NCBI GenBank assembly: GCA_043814095.1
Contig: JBDRKI010000037.1
Location: 28,032 to 92,031 of the forward strand
Direction: 5' to 3'
DNA: 64,000 nucleotides
From: Armatimonadota bacterium
GTDB taxonomy: Bacteria > Vulcanimicrobiota > JACPDS01 > JBDRKI01
The position numbers and the translations under genes are program-made. Position 1 is the first letter of the stretch. Each line of letters opens with the position of its first letter. Positions 32,110 through 41,441 of this stretch are shown here, piece by piece. Below the pieces are notes generated by a model, which saw only the letters and a list, made by a program, of their open reading frames with translations, was not told the DNA's origin and ran no database searches.

Positions 32110-33138
32110 ATGATGAGAAATAAATTATGGATTACCGCATTTATTTTACTTATCTTTTTTGCAGTAATAAGTACCACTGCATTCGCACAACCCCGCGAGC
32201 AGAATGCGGTCTACAAAAATTCTATCTGGCGCGTTGTTCTTAATAAGGATCATACACTGTTATGTTACGGGGCGGGTTACGGCAACTGGCTGCCTAACAA
32301 AAGTATTGTTATCGCGACCGGTGTTGATAATTTCTGGACTGACGGCTCATGGCGGGGTCCTGTTATAGTTTTCCAGAAAGGAAAAGTTTTTTACGCCACT
32401 GTACGCCAGTATGACAGCGGCAGGGATCTTATTGCGGGAAAGATATACAGCGGTGATGACGTGAATTCCATAAATGTTAACGGCAGGATTTACGGCGCGT
32501 ATATACAGATCATATTAAATAACGGGAAACGGATAAACTGGTCAATATGGCAGTATCCGGGCCTTCCCGGAAAGCTTGAAAAAGGCGAAGAAGTTATGGG
32601 AGAGCCCCCGGTTACAAACCTTCCTCCGCCTGCAGGCATTCTTCCATCAAAACCCGCGGATGCTAAAAAGCTTCTGGGCGGAGAATTAAAGAAAGTTCAT
32701 TATTTTAATTATGACGGCAGGTGGGTAAACCTTTCGGATGTTGCCAAAGGCAAATCAAAGGTAGTAATCTGCACTAACAATAAATACGGGGGTACAGCAG
32801 AAGTGCTTCTCTGGCTTACTTTTAACCGGCCTGCTAAATTTACCATGTCGGAATATAATTTTCCCACCAAAGATAAAAACTATGGTGAACAGGCAAAGCT
32901 TAAGTTTATAGAACTGGACAGAAAAGATCTTGAAAAGAATAAAAACGATAAGGATGTAAAACCCTTTTATAATATGCTTAAAGAAGCTCCTTATGTGTAC
33001 ATGATAAAAATAGAAGCGTTTGATCACGGTTATATGAGCGCTTACACAGTTAATTTCGGAGCGCCCTGCACTTCTGCGGCAGGTTCGGCGAAGCTTGATG
33101 ACAGCGCCGTATACAGGGCAATGATAGGGAGTTGGTAA
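32110..33138 (+). CDS. Secreted hypothetical protein, two domains with Pro-rich linker
   Basis: Signal peptide AFA-QP; AGGAGG RBS. Confidence 0.75.
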   Translation: MMRNKLWITAFILLIFFAVISTTAFAQPREQNAVYKNSIWRVVLNKDHTLLCYGAGYGNWLPNKSIVIATGVDNFWTDGSWRGPVIVFQKGKVFYATVRQYDSGRDLIAGKIYSGDDVNSINVNGRIYGAYIQIILNNGKRINWSIWQYPGLPGKLEKGEEVMGEPPVTNLPPPAGILPSKPADAKKLLGGELKKVHYFNYDGRWVNLSDVAKGKSKVVICTNNKYGGTAEVLLWLTFNRPAKFTMSEYNFPTKDKNYGEQAKLKFIELDRKDLEKNKNDKDVKPFYNMLKEAPYVYMIKIEAFDHGYMSAYTVNFGAPCTSAAGSAKLDDSAVYRAMIGSW

Positions 33139-33153
33139 AAATAAGGAGGCCGT

Positions 33154-33561
33154 ATGCCGGCAAAACAGGTTCTGCCTAAAGACAGAAATTTAATTTCATA
33201 CTGCGGGCTTGATTGCTCGCAGTGTGTTATTCATACTACTGATATCTCGGGAAAGGCAAAAGCGCTGCGCAGGGAGCTACGTTCGGCTAAAGCGAAAAAG
33301 TTCTGGGGCGATATCCCGTTTCTGGGTGAGTATGGGCCGTTTAAGAAATCTCTGGACGGTCTGGCAATGCTCAGATGTGTTAAATTATGCAGGGGAGGGG
33401 GCAGTAATCCGTGGTGCAAAATAAGGAAGTGCTGTCAAAGAAAAAAAATCTGGTCCTGCGCTGAATGTGAAGAAATGTTAACCTGCACTAAGCTTGAGCC
33501 TATTACTAAAGGTTATAAAGGCAAGAATCTTAAAATACTTAAAGTCCTGCGGAAGAAATAA
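33154..33561 (+). CDS. DUF3795 Cys-rich protein
   Basis: YCGLDCSQC...C..CRGG....C.IRKCC....CAEC. Confidence 0.85.
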   Translation: MPAKQVLPKDRNLISYCGLDCSQCVIHTTDISGKAKALRRELRSAKAKKFWGDIPFLGEYGPFKKSLDGLAMLRCVKLCRGGGSNPWCKIRKCCQRKKIWSCAECEEMLTCTKLEPITKGYKGKNLKILKVLRKK

Positions 33562-33566
33562 TTATA

Positions 33567-34379
33567 ATGAAGAATAAAATGAAAATTTCAATAGCGCAAA
33601 CGGATGTCCTAAGAGCTGATCCGGAAGAGAACCTAAAGAAAAGCGAATCATATATTAAAAGAGCCGCAGAGAGCGGCTCTGAACTTATATGTTTTCCAGA
33701 GATGTGGCTTACCGGTTTTGACTGGAAGTTTAATGAAGAATTTGCGCATAAGAATAAAGATATTGTAAATATAATAGGATCTATGGCAAAGGAAAATAAT
33801 ATATGGATTAACGGCACAATGCCCGGGCTTGATGAAGAAAGTAACGTTTCTAATACTTCGATGCTGTTTGATAATAAAGGTGAACGCGTTGCAGTTTACA
33901 GGAAAACACATCTTTTCAGTTATATGCATGAAGATAAACATACCGCTAAAGGTACATATTTAACTCTTGCAGATACTCCGTGGGGGAAAATAGGGTTATC
34001 GGTATGTTATGATATAAGGTTTCCGGAACTTTTCAGAACATATGCTTTAAAAGGCGCAAGATTGATTTTATCTCCCATGGCGTTCCCGTATCCCCGTCTT
34101 TCGCACTGGAAGATACTTGTGCGGGCCCGCGCCATAGAGAACCAGCTTTTTATGGTTGGAGTAAATCAAGTGGGGGATGAAGATTTCGGCAAATACGGCA
34201 AGGTAACATATTTCGGCTCATCTGTTATTGTAGACCCCTGGGGTGAGACTGTTATAGAAGCAGAGGAGAAAGAAGAAGAACTTCTTTCAACTGAAATAGA
34301 TTTATCTCTTTCGGATGAGATAAGAAATAAAATGAAAGTATTATCTGACCGCAGGCCGGAGCTGTATGAACTGGGTTAA
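33567..34379 (+). CDS. Carbon-nitrogen hydrolase (nitrilase/omega-amidase family)
   Basis: FPE, YRKTHLF, VCYDIRFPE catalytic triad. Confidence 0.92.
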   Translation: MKNKMKISIAQTDVLRADPEENLKKSESYIKRAAESGSELICFPEMWLTGFDWKFNEEFAHKNKDIVNIIGSMAKENNIWINGTMPGLDEESNVSNTSMLFDNKGERVAVYRKTHLFSYMHEDKHTAKGTYLTLADTPWGKIGLSVCYDIRFPELFRTYALKGARLILSPMAFPYPRLSHWKILVRARAIENQLFMVGVNQVGDEDFGKYGKVTYFGSSVIVDPWGETVIEAEEKEEELLSTEIDLSLSDEIRNKMKVLSDRRPELYELG

Positions 34380-36205
34380 ATATCCAGCAGTGTGATTACG
34401 CCGTGAACTTTCTCCGGCGGGAATTCGTAGAACTGTACTACTTTAGGTGTTAATCTCTTTATTATATTAAAGATTTTATAGAATATATCATGTGTATGAA
34501 TTTCTTCAATTCCGTAAAAGATTATTCTTTCATTTACGCTGTGTTTTTCAAGAATTTCTTCAACATTTATTACTTCCATATACCCCAGTTTTATATAAAG
34601 GGCTTTAAGGCCCGGGGCAATATCTTCTGTAAATTCAACATCCAGACCGAACGGTTTATCCGTGACTTTTATCTCACACCCTATATTCTCCTGGTAGATA
34701 ATGCCTTGTTTAAACATTACATTCGGAATATAGGTAGGTAGGTTTGCAAAATCATCCGAGATGAATATAGCCGTGCCTGTTATTTTAGGCGCGCTTTCAT
34801 ATACCTGATTATATTCAGATAAAAAAGCCTGGGATTTAACAGGTTTGAGCGCTTTACGTACTGCATTCTGGCCTGCTGTATAAAGCAGTATTACACTTAA
34901 CGGTATAAGCGCAAGTATTATGGATATATATCCTCCGTGCGGTATCTTATGGAAGTTGGCTATTAAAAATGCTATATCAACCACTGTTACAAATAAAGAC
35001 AGGAAAGCGTAAAGCGGTTCTTTCTTTAAGGAGTATATCCATAACAGCATTAATCCGGTGATAACCATGGTTACATTAACCGAAAACCCGTATGCTACTG
35101 CCATACGGCCTGATTCCTTGAATAATAATAACATTACGGTAACACATATGAATAAAAACCAGTTTATAGATCCTATATATATTTGGGAGTGCATCTTTTT
35201 TGAAGTATGATCTATTCTTAAGCGCGGCAGGATGTTGGTATTTATAGCCTGATATACAATGGAAAACATCGCGCTTAACATTGCCTGTGAAGCTATTACC
35301 GTAGCGCATATGGCCAGTATAAGGAAGGGTATGTAAAATAATACTGATTGAGCGTGAATCATTCCGAAGAGCATGCTTTTTGTTCCGGGATTTTTCATAA
35401 GGTGGGCTCCCTGGCCCAAGTAGCACAGTACAAGGCATATAAAAACGAAATGCCAGGCGCGTTTAATTGAGTTTTTACCCAGGTGTCCCATATCCGCGTA
35501 AAGAGCCTCACCTCCGGTTACGCAGAGTATTACTTCGCAAAGAACAAGAAATCCTAAGAGTTTGTTTTTTGCAAAGAAGGCGAAAGCGTGTCCCGGACTT
35601 ACTGCACCCAGGATACTGGGAAACTGTATTATGGATATTATTCCGGTAATACCGAGGATAAGGAACCATATGCCCATTACAGGGCTGAAGAATTTAGCGA
35701 CTTTATCGGTCCCTTTACTCTGGAAGAAGAATATTAAGAATGTAATAACCACAGAGATCAATATCACATTGCTAAGCGGCATATTATGGAATTTGGGCAT
35801 TAGCTTTATTCCTTCAACCGCGCTTAATATGGATATCGCCGGAGTTATGATGCCGTCTCCGATTAAGAATGAAAGCCCTATAAAAGAAAGTATGGTAATA
35901 ATGCGTATCTGGCGTTTGGACTTAAGAAGCTTTCTTAAAACTTCCCTCAGTATGATTATGCCGCCTTCACCTCTTATACTGAGGTTCATTGCGAGAAAAA
36001 CATACTGTATATATACAACAATTATTAATGACCATATTATAAGGGAGAGGACTCCAAAAATATTGCCGGGGGTAGGTTCTTTTAAAAAGAAAAAGATAGC
36101 CGTGAGTGTATATATGGGACTTGTTCCTATATCCCCGAATACGATACCTAAGGGTTTGGAAAAAACATTTAACCTATCATAAATCTTTTTATAAATTCTT
36201 TTCAT
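34376..36205 (-). CDS. kup: KUP/HAK/KT potassium uptake transporter
   Basis: GIVFGDIGTSPIY, GEGG, TGGEALYADMGH. Confidence 0.93.
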   Translation of the reverse strand: MKRIYKKIYDRLNVFSKPLGIVFGDIGTSPIYTLTAIFFFLKEPTPGNIFGVLSLIIWSLIIVVYIQYVFLAMNLSIRGEGGIIILREVLRKLLKSKRQIRIITILSFIGLSFLIGDGIITPAISILSAVEGIKLMPKFHNMPLSNVILISVVITFLIFFFQSKGTDKVAKFFSPVMGIWFLILGITGIISIIQFPSILGAVSPGHAFAFFAKNKLLGFLVLCEVILCVTGGEALYADMGHLGKNSIKRAWHFVFICLVLCYLGQGAHLMKNPGTKSMLFGMIHAQSVLFYIPFLILAICATVIASQAMLSAMFSIVYQAINTNILPRLRIDHTSKKMHSQIYIGSINWFLFICVTVMLLLFKESGRMAVAYGFSVNVTMVITGLMLLWIYSLKKEPLYAFLSLFVTVVDIAFLIANFHKIPHGGYISIILALIPLSVILLYTAGQNAVRKALKPVKSQAFLSEYNQVYESAPKITGTAIFISDDFANLPTYIPNVMFKQGIIYQENIGCEIKVTDKPFGLDVEFTEDIAPGLKALYIKLGYMEVINVEEILEKHSVNERIIFYGIEEIHTHDIFYKIFNIIKRLTPKVVQFYEFPPEKVHGVITLLDI

Positions 36206-36327
36206 ATATATAAACTTTTTATATATTTAAAAGTAATATCCTGCATATTAAATTTATTTATACAGGATATTTTTTATAATCAAAGAAAATAATTTATATA
36301 AATTACATTTAAAAAGGAGAGTATTAT

Positions 36328-36783
36328 ATGTGCGTGTGCTGTAAAGAGATAAGGTGGGGGAAAGTTTTTATCTCTGCAATTATCTTTGCCGTTATTGACC
36401 AGATTGTTCATATAATAGGCGCACACCTTACAATGTCCTATTATACGGATCCTGCGATGGCAGGCTTATGGTCTAAGGTAATGATGTCCGCGGAAGGGCC
36501 GCCTCCAGCAAGTTTCTTCATATATTCTGTATTACTCAGCTTTTTAGTTGGTTTTGTGCTTGCTGCTTCTTATGATTTCCTACGACCCAGGCTTGAAAAT
36601 GCTTCTTTTGCCGGGAAGCTTTTTACATTCTTCTTCTTTGCGGCAAGTTTATCGGTAGTTATGGGGTATATGCCTATGTATTTATTCATAAATATACCCT
36701 TCTTACTTATAGTTGCATGGTTTATACAGACATTAATCTCATATTTTATAAATATAATGGTATTTGTGGGTATTTTTAAATAA
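36328..36783 (+). CDS. Hypothetical 4-TM membrane protein
   Basis: AGGAG RBS; four hydrophobic segments. Confidence 0.75.
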   Translation: MCVCCKEIRWGKVFISAIIFAVIDQIVHIIGAHLTMSYYTDPAMAGLWSKVMMSAEGPPPASFFIYSVLLSFLVGFVLAASYDFLRPRLENASFAGKLFTFFFFAASLSVVMGYMPMYLFINIPFLLIVAWFIQTLISYFINIMVFVGIFK

Positions 36784-36898
36784 AAGCGGTATACTATTGA
36801 TATAGTTTAAAGAACCTGATATAATTGGCCTTGATAATATAAGTTAAGATATTACAGGGAATCTGCCAGTATCAACTGACAGATTTTCCATAATACAG

Positions 36899-36974
36899 GG
36901 CCCCATCGTCTAGCGGCCTAGGATACCGCCCTCTCAAGGCGGAGACACGGATTCGAATTCCGTTGGGGCTACCA
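36899..36974 (+). tRNA. tRNA-Glu (anticodon CTC)
   Basis: Cloverleaf: GGCCCCA/TGGGGCT acceptor, CCGCC-CTCTCAA-GGCGG anticodon arm, TTCGAAT T-loop, encoded CCA. Confidence 0.96.
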
Positions 36975-37005
36975 TATAAAAGAATGAAAATTTTAGGAGG
37001 AAACG

Positions 37006-37149
37006 ATGGAAGGTTATTGCGTAAAATGTAAAGCAAAAAAAGAAATGAAAGATGCAAAAGAAGTTGAAATGAAGAATGGCCGTAAGGCCATGCAGGGTAA
37101 ATGTCCGGACTGCGGTACAGGCATGTATAGAATTTTAGGTAAAAAGTAG
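37006..37149 (+). CDS. 47-aa zinc-ribbon protein (DUF5679-like), missing from ORF track
   Basis: AGGAGG RBS; MEGYCVKCKAKKEM...GKCPDCGTGMYRILGKK. Confidence 0.85.
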   Translation: MEGYCVKCKAKKEMKDAKEVEMKNGRKAMQGKCPDCGTGMYRILGKK

Positions 37150-37281
37150 AAAAACGGTTCGGTAATAAAAAACAAGTATAGTTCGCCGGGGTTAAACTCC
37201 GGCGGGCTAAATTTTGTTTTCTTTGTATCTTAAAATGTTTTACTTTTTTTCTAACTAACATTATATCAGGAGCGGTTAAGA

Positions 37282-38595
37282 GTGGATTTTCTGAAAAACG
37301 CGCAGACTTTAAACTATATAGTTTCCGTATTCATATTTTTTACAGCTTTTGTAGTTATATTTTCCGAGAAGATACACAGGACAATTGTTGCCCTTGCGGG
37401 CGCTATGCTTATGCTTCTTGTCGGAAAATTGATGGGCTTCTACAACGAACACCACGCCTTAAGTTCAATTGATTTTAATACACTCGGGCTTCTTCTGGGC
37501 ATGATGATACTGCTTGCTCTTTTAAAAGAGACGGGTGTTCTTGAGTTTATAGCCATATGGGTGGCGCAGAGAACAAAAGGCAGTCCCTGGCGGCTTATGG
37601 TTATGCTGGGGCTTGTAACCTCCGTACTCTCAATGTTTTTGGATAATGTAACCACCGTAATTTTAATCGCGCCCATAACTGTTTTTATAGCACAGAAGAT
37701 AAAGATAAATCCTGTTCCGCTTCTTTTATCTGAAGCGCTTCTTTCAAACATAGGCGGTGTATCAACACTTGTGGGTGATCCTCCCAATATACTAATAGGT
37801 ACGGCGGCGAATATAAGCTTTAATGCGTTTTTAATATATCTCGGGCCTATAGTCGCCGTTACATGGATAATATCCATGTTCCTGTTAAAGAAAATATTTA
37901 AACAGGACTTAAAAGCTAAACCTGATCTTGAAGAATTAATGAAGATGAATCCCAGAGAAGCTTTAAAAGATAATGCAAAGCTTAAGAGAACCTTATTCTG
38001 TCTTTTCCTTGTTATAATATTATTCTTTTTGCACAGCAGCTGGCATCTTTCGCCTTCATTTGTCGCCTTTTTCGGCGCCGCGCTTGCGCTTATACTCGTA
38101 AGGCCTAAAAATCTTGATGAGATATTAAATGATGTGGAATGGGGAGTCCTTATATTCTTCGCGGCATTATTCGTTATTGTGGGAGGGCTCGAAGCATCAG
38201 GTGTTTTAAAACTTTTAGGAAACAGTATACTGGGCTACGCCGAAAGCAATCTACTGCTTACGACGATAATAATGCTCTGGGGCGCAAGTATAATATCAGC
38301 TTTAGTTGATAATATACCGTTTACAATGGCCGTTATCCCCCTTATACAGTATATGGGAAGCCAGGGTATAAATATTGCTCCTTTATGGTGGGCACTGGCA
38401 CTCGGTGCGGGCTTCGGAGGAAACGGTACCCCGATTGGCGCTACAGCTAATGTTGTGGTTATAAATTTAAGCGAGAAGATAGGCAAACCCATAACATTTA
38501 AAAAATGGATTCAGTCAGGTGCTATTATTACACTTATATCCTGTATCCTTGCTACTTTATGGATGATACTTCTGTTTAAATTAATGAAGTGGTAA
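37282..38595 (+). CDS. ArsB/NhaD (SLC13/CitMHS-like) transporter
   Basis: LDNVTT, NIGG..TLVGDPPN, VDNIP, GGNGTPIGATAN. Confidence 0.9.
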   Translation: MDFLKNAQTLNYIVSVFIFFTAFVVIFSEKIHRTIVALAGAMLMLLVGKLMGFYNEHHALSSIDFNTLGLLLGMMILLALLKETGVLEFIAIWVAQRTKGSPWRLMVMLGLVTSVLSMFLDNVTTVILIAPITVFIAQKIKINPVPLLLSEALLSNIGGVSTLVGDPPNILIGTAANISFNAFLIYLGPIVAVTWIISMFLLKKIFKQDLKAKPDLEELMKMNPREALKDNAKLKRTLFCLFLVIILFFLHSSWHLSPSFVAFFGAALALILVRPKNLDEILNDVEWGVLIFFAALFVIVGGLEASGVLKLLGNSILGYAESNLLLTTIIMLWGASIISALVDNIPFTMAVIPLIQYMGSQGINIAPLWWALALGAGFGGNGTPIGATANVVVINLSEKIGKPITFKKWIQSGAIITLISCILATLWMILLFKLMKW

Positions 38596-38597
38596 TA

Positions 38598-39116
38598 TTA
38601 TTTTTCGCAACCTTTTTCATAGATTTTTTTATCTTCAAATATGTCATAGGTTTTTAAAAAAAGCAGTTGAACTTTTGCGGCTTCAAAACTTAACTTATTC
38701 TTTATTTTATTATCATCACATTTTATTACCGCATCATTCAAACTGTCCAGGAAATCTTTAATCTCGGCTTTAGTCGGTTTTTTCGCTACATCTTCTTTAG
38801 TAATAACCCAGCCTTTACCAATACGGGATTCCTTTGCCTTTCTGTCAATTGCGCCTATTTTTTCTTTTGGCCTGTAAAAATATCTTGTTTTATACCTTTT
38901 AATTATTGTTGCGTCTTTAGGATAAGCTACTCTTATTAGTTTTTCTTTAATATGCTCAATCTGTGTAATTTTACCGTTTGTTATATATATATTAAAACAT
39001 TTATGGTGGTTTCGATCATGTTCTAAGATGATTGATTTTACGGTAGAGGTTTTTTTCTTTTTTGAACTGCCTATACCGGAATTTGAATTTAATGCTGGTA
39101 AAGAATTAATGTTCAT
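38598..39116 (-). CDS. Orphan protein (MNINSL... N-terminus), paralog of 39132..39662
   Basis: AAGGAAG RBS; shared KIT.IE, DR and L..AV.KC motifs. Confidence 0.75.
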   Translation of the reverse strand: MNINSLPALNSNSGIGSSKKKKTSTVKSIILEHDRNHHKCFNIYITNGKITQIEHIKEKLIRVAYPKDATIIKRYKTRYFYRPKEKIGAIDRKAKESRIGKGWVITKEDVAKKPTKAEIKDFLDSLNDAVIKCDDNKIKNKLSFEAAKVQLLFLKTYDIFEDKKIYEKGCEK

Positions 39117-39131
39117 TTTAAAATTCTTCCT

Positions 39132-39662
39132 TTATCTTGATTCCGGTCCGAAAATAAAAATCTTTAAATGGTTAAGCTTTATTTCGGCAGATTTTTCCTG
39201 TAAAGCTTTTTTAAATTCCGGATTTTTACATTTTTTCACGGCTTCATCAAGAATATTTATGAAATAAGCGACACTAACTTCATCCATTTCTTTTCTGTAT
39301 TCCCGTGCACTTTTATTATCTGATCCCCATGGCGAGTCAGTTGCTCTATCAACTTCCATAACTTTTGTTGAAGGAATATATCTGTAGGTTGCTTTGTAAA
39401 CCCCCGGGAGGGCGGTTGCCAGGATTCCCTCATCACACATTTCTTTGACGATCCAGCCGGATTTGAACTCGATTTTTGTAATTTTATTATTTACATGAAA
39501 AACATATACATCTTCCATATGTATAGATTTTCCGCCTTCAACTTCTTTATGGCTTATAGGGATTCCAACTTTTTCTTCTTTATCTTTATTTTCTATTTTA
39601 CCGGTTTTTGCTTCCTTTATAATATTAGGAACCACATTTTTAATATCAGCTACTGTATTCAT
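39132..39662 (-). CDS. Orphan protein; true start likely ATG 39662 (MNTVADIK)
   Basis: GGGGG RBS 6 nt before ATG 39662; the longer TTG start overlaps the promoter. Confidence 0.75.
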   Translation of the reverse strand: MNTVADIKNVVPNIIKEAKTGKIENKDKEEKVGIPISHKEVEGGKSIHMEDVYVFHVNNKITKIEFKSGWIVKEMCDEGILATALPGVYKATYRYIPSTKVMEVDRATDSPWGSDNKSAREYRKEMDEVSVAYFINILDEAVKKCKNPEFKKALQEKSAEIKLNHLKIFIFGPESR

Positions 39663-39718
39663 AGAATACCCCCGATTATATATTCTATATGCATTATAAC
39701 ATATGCATATATATATGT

Positions 39719-39807
39719 ATGTTAACAAAATGTTAACATTTTATACCTTATAGATTAGTCAAAAAGTACGGAAAGTTAACAAATTTTTAACATTTTGTTA
39801 ATATTTT
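39719..39807. promoter_or_regulatory. Two divergent arrays of 11-bp-period TTAAC boxes
   Basis: ATGTTAACAAAATGTTAACATTTT (39719) and GTTAACAAATT-TTTAACATTTT-GTTAATATTTT (39775). Confidence 0.7.
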
Positions 39808-39962
39808 GGCAACAAATAAAAGATGCTTTTATGCTATACTATAAGCAGGTAAACAGTAATATTTACAACCTTTTGTTATTATAAAAATATTGTTAAATAA
39901 TGATTTTTACCTATTTGTAAACGCTTTTTGTCTCCTGAAGCTTAAGAGTAAAGGATAAGGAT

Positions 39963-40619
39963 ATGACACCGGAATACTACCAGAAGAAAATAAAGCGGCT
40001 GGAGGGCAAGAATAAGAAACTGCGCGGGTCCCTGCATAAGATTAATTATGAGATAGTGGGTCTTTTGCAGGATGTTTTTTCCATAATGGACGGGCATGAA
40101 GATTCTCATTCAAACAGGGTCGCATTTTATTCTATTATAATAGCCAGAAAGCTCAGGGAATTATATCCGGGCATTACGGCTAATATAACCCGTGATGCGG
40201 TATGCTTCCATGATCTGGGCAAGATAGGCATACCCCATGAGATATTATTAAAGCCGTCTGAGCTTACGGATGAAGAGTTCCAGAAAATTAAAAAACATAC
40301 CATAATAGGCAGTAAGATCGTAGGCAGGATAAAATCATTCCAGAATAATTTAGATGTTATTAAATTCCATCATGAAAGATGGGACGGGGAGGGTTATCCT
40401 TTAGGATTAGAGGGGGAGAAGATACCTCTTTCGGCAAGAATACTTGCCGTGGCTGACGCTTTTGATGCCATGACATCACAGAGGCCTTACAGGGATAAGA
40501 TGTCTCCCGAAGAGGCAAAGGAAGAGATTCTAGCTAATTCCGGCACGCAGTTTGATCCCAGGATTGTTGAAGCGTTTCTGGCGGCATGGGATGAAATTTT
40601 AATAAGATGCAATAATTAA
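39963..40619 (+). CDS. HD-GYP domain protein (cyclic dinucleotide phosphodiesterase family)
   Basis: HS.RVA, HDLGK, HHERWDGEGYP, VADAFDAM...RPYR, GTQFDP. Confidence 0.93.
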   Translation: MTPEYYQKKIKRLEGKNKKLRGSLHKINYEIVGLLQDVFSIMDGHEDSHSNRVAFYSIIIARKLRELYPGITANITRDAVCFHDLGKIGIPHEILLKPSELTDEEFQKIKKHTIIGSKIVGRIKSFQNNLDVIKFHHERWDGEGYPLGLEGEKIPLSARILAVADAFDAMTSQRPYRDKMSPEEAKEEILANSGTQFDPRIVEAFLAAWDEILIRCNN

Positions 40620-40658
40620 ATAGTATAAAATTAATACGATAGTAATGAAAAATATCTT

Positions 40659-40685
40659 AAAAAGCAGTTTAAATACTGCTTTTTA
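40659..40685 (+). terminator. Intrinsic terminator
   Basis: AAAAAGCAGT-TTAAAT-ACTGCTTTTT. Confidence 0.6.
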
Positions 40686-40704
40686 ATTTTATAAGGGAGG
40701 AAAT

Positions 40705-40735
40705 GTTAACAATAATTTAACATTTTGTTAACATT
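40705..40735 (+). promoter_or_regulatory. Triple 11-bp-period TTAAC box
   Basis: TTAAC at 40706, 40717, 40728. Confidence 0.7.
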
Positions 40736-40807
40736 AAATGCTTGATATAATTAGGGATTGTGTAATATAATGATAGATGTAAAATTTATTTTAAGGGGGA
40801 AATAGAT

Positions 40808-41335
40808 ATGATAAATGCAATTCCGACTGTAGGAGCAGGCAGTATCTTCGCGGATAAGGGTAATGGTTCGATTATTGAGGAAACAATAAATATTAAAGGC
40901 GGAAAGTATTACACAGGACCGGGAACGGTTAAGGTGAAATACAGCAAAAAAACAGGTGCATATTTATTTGAATTTAAAGGAAGAAACCCTGACCTTACCG
41001 AGGGATTTACGGCCAAATTTAATTTGGTGACTCACAAACTTGAAGTTAAGCGCTATAAATTAAATAATAATAAGCCTGTGGATAAGAAAAAATTTGAAGA
41101 TGTGGTACATATTCCTGAATGCAGAGGCCAGGAAAAATATTATGTTAATACATATCTGGAACAAGCCAGGGAGATTACGAAAGATAATAAAGTTAAGGAA
41201 ATGATAGATAAAACATTAGATGTTATAGCAAGAAAAAAAATAAGCAAGCTTGAAATTGAATATGAAAAAGGGATACAAAATGAACCTAAGTATAAGAAAG
41301 CTTACCATGAAGCGTTAAAAAAATGGTTTAAATAA
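40808..41335 (+). CDS. Orphan protein (MINAIP... N-terminus)
   Basis: AAGGGGGA RBS; 175 aa. Confidence 0.78.
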   Translation: MINAIPTVGAGSIFADKGNGSIIEETINIKGGKYYTGPGTVKVKYSKKTGAYLFEFKGRNPDLTEGFTAKFNLVTHKLEVKRYKLNNNKPVDKKKFEDVVHIPECRGQEKYYVNTYLEQAREITKDNKVKEMIDKTLDVIARKKISKLEIEYEKGIQNEPKYKKAYHEALKKWFK

Positions 41336-41441
41336 TTTTAAAGGAAACCTGTAATAAAAAAAGAATAATCTTAAAAGGTTATTCTTTTTTTATATTATAA
41401 ACGGCTGTTTAAATAAATAAAGACAGAGCAGGATTAATAAT

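Noticed and set aside
36872-37261. 129-aa minus-strand ORF
   Set aside because: Antisense to the tRNA-Glu and the 47-aa zinc-ribbon gene; spurious
39663-39728. 22-codon N-terminal extension from TTG 39728
   Set aside because: Overlaps the -10 element and GTTAAC boxes; the strong RBS lies before ATG 39662
36899-41335. tRNA-anchored genomic island
   Set aside because: No integrase and no duplicated tRNA 3' end seen downstream
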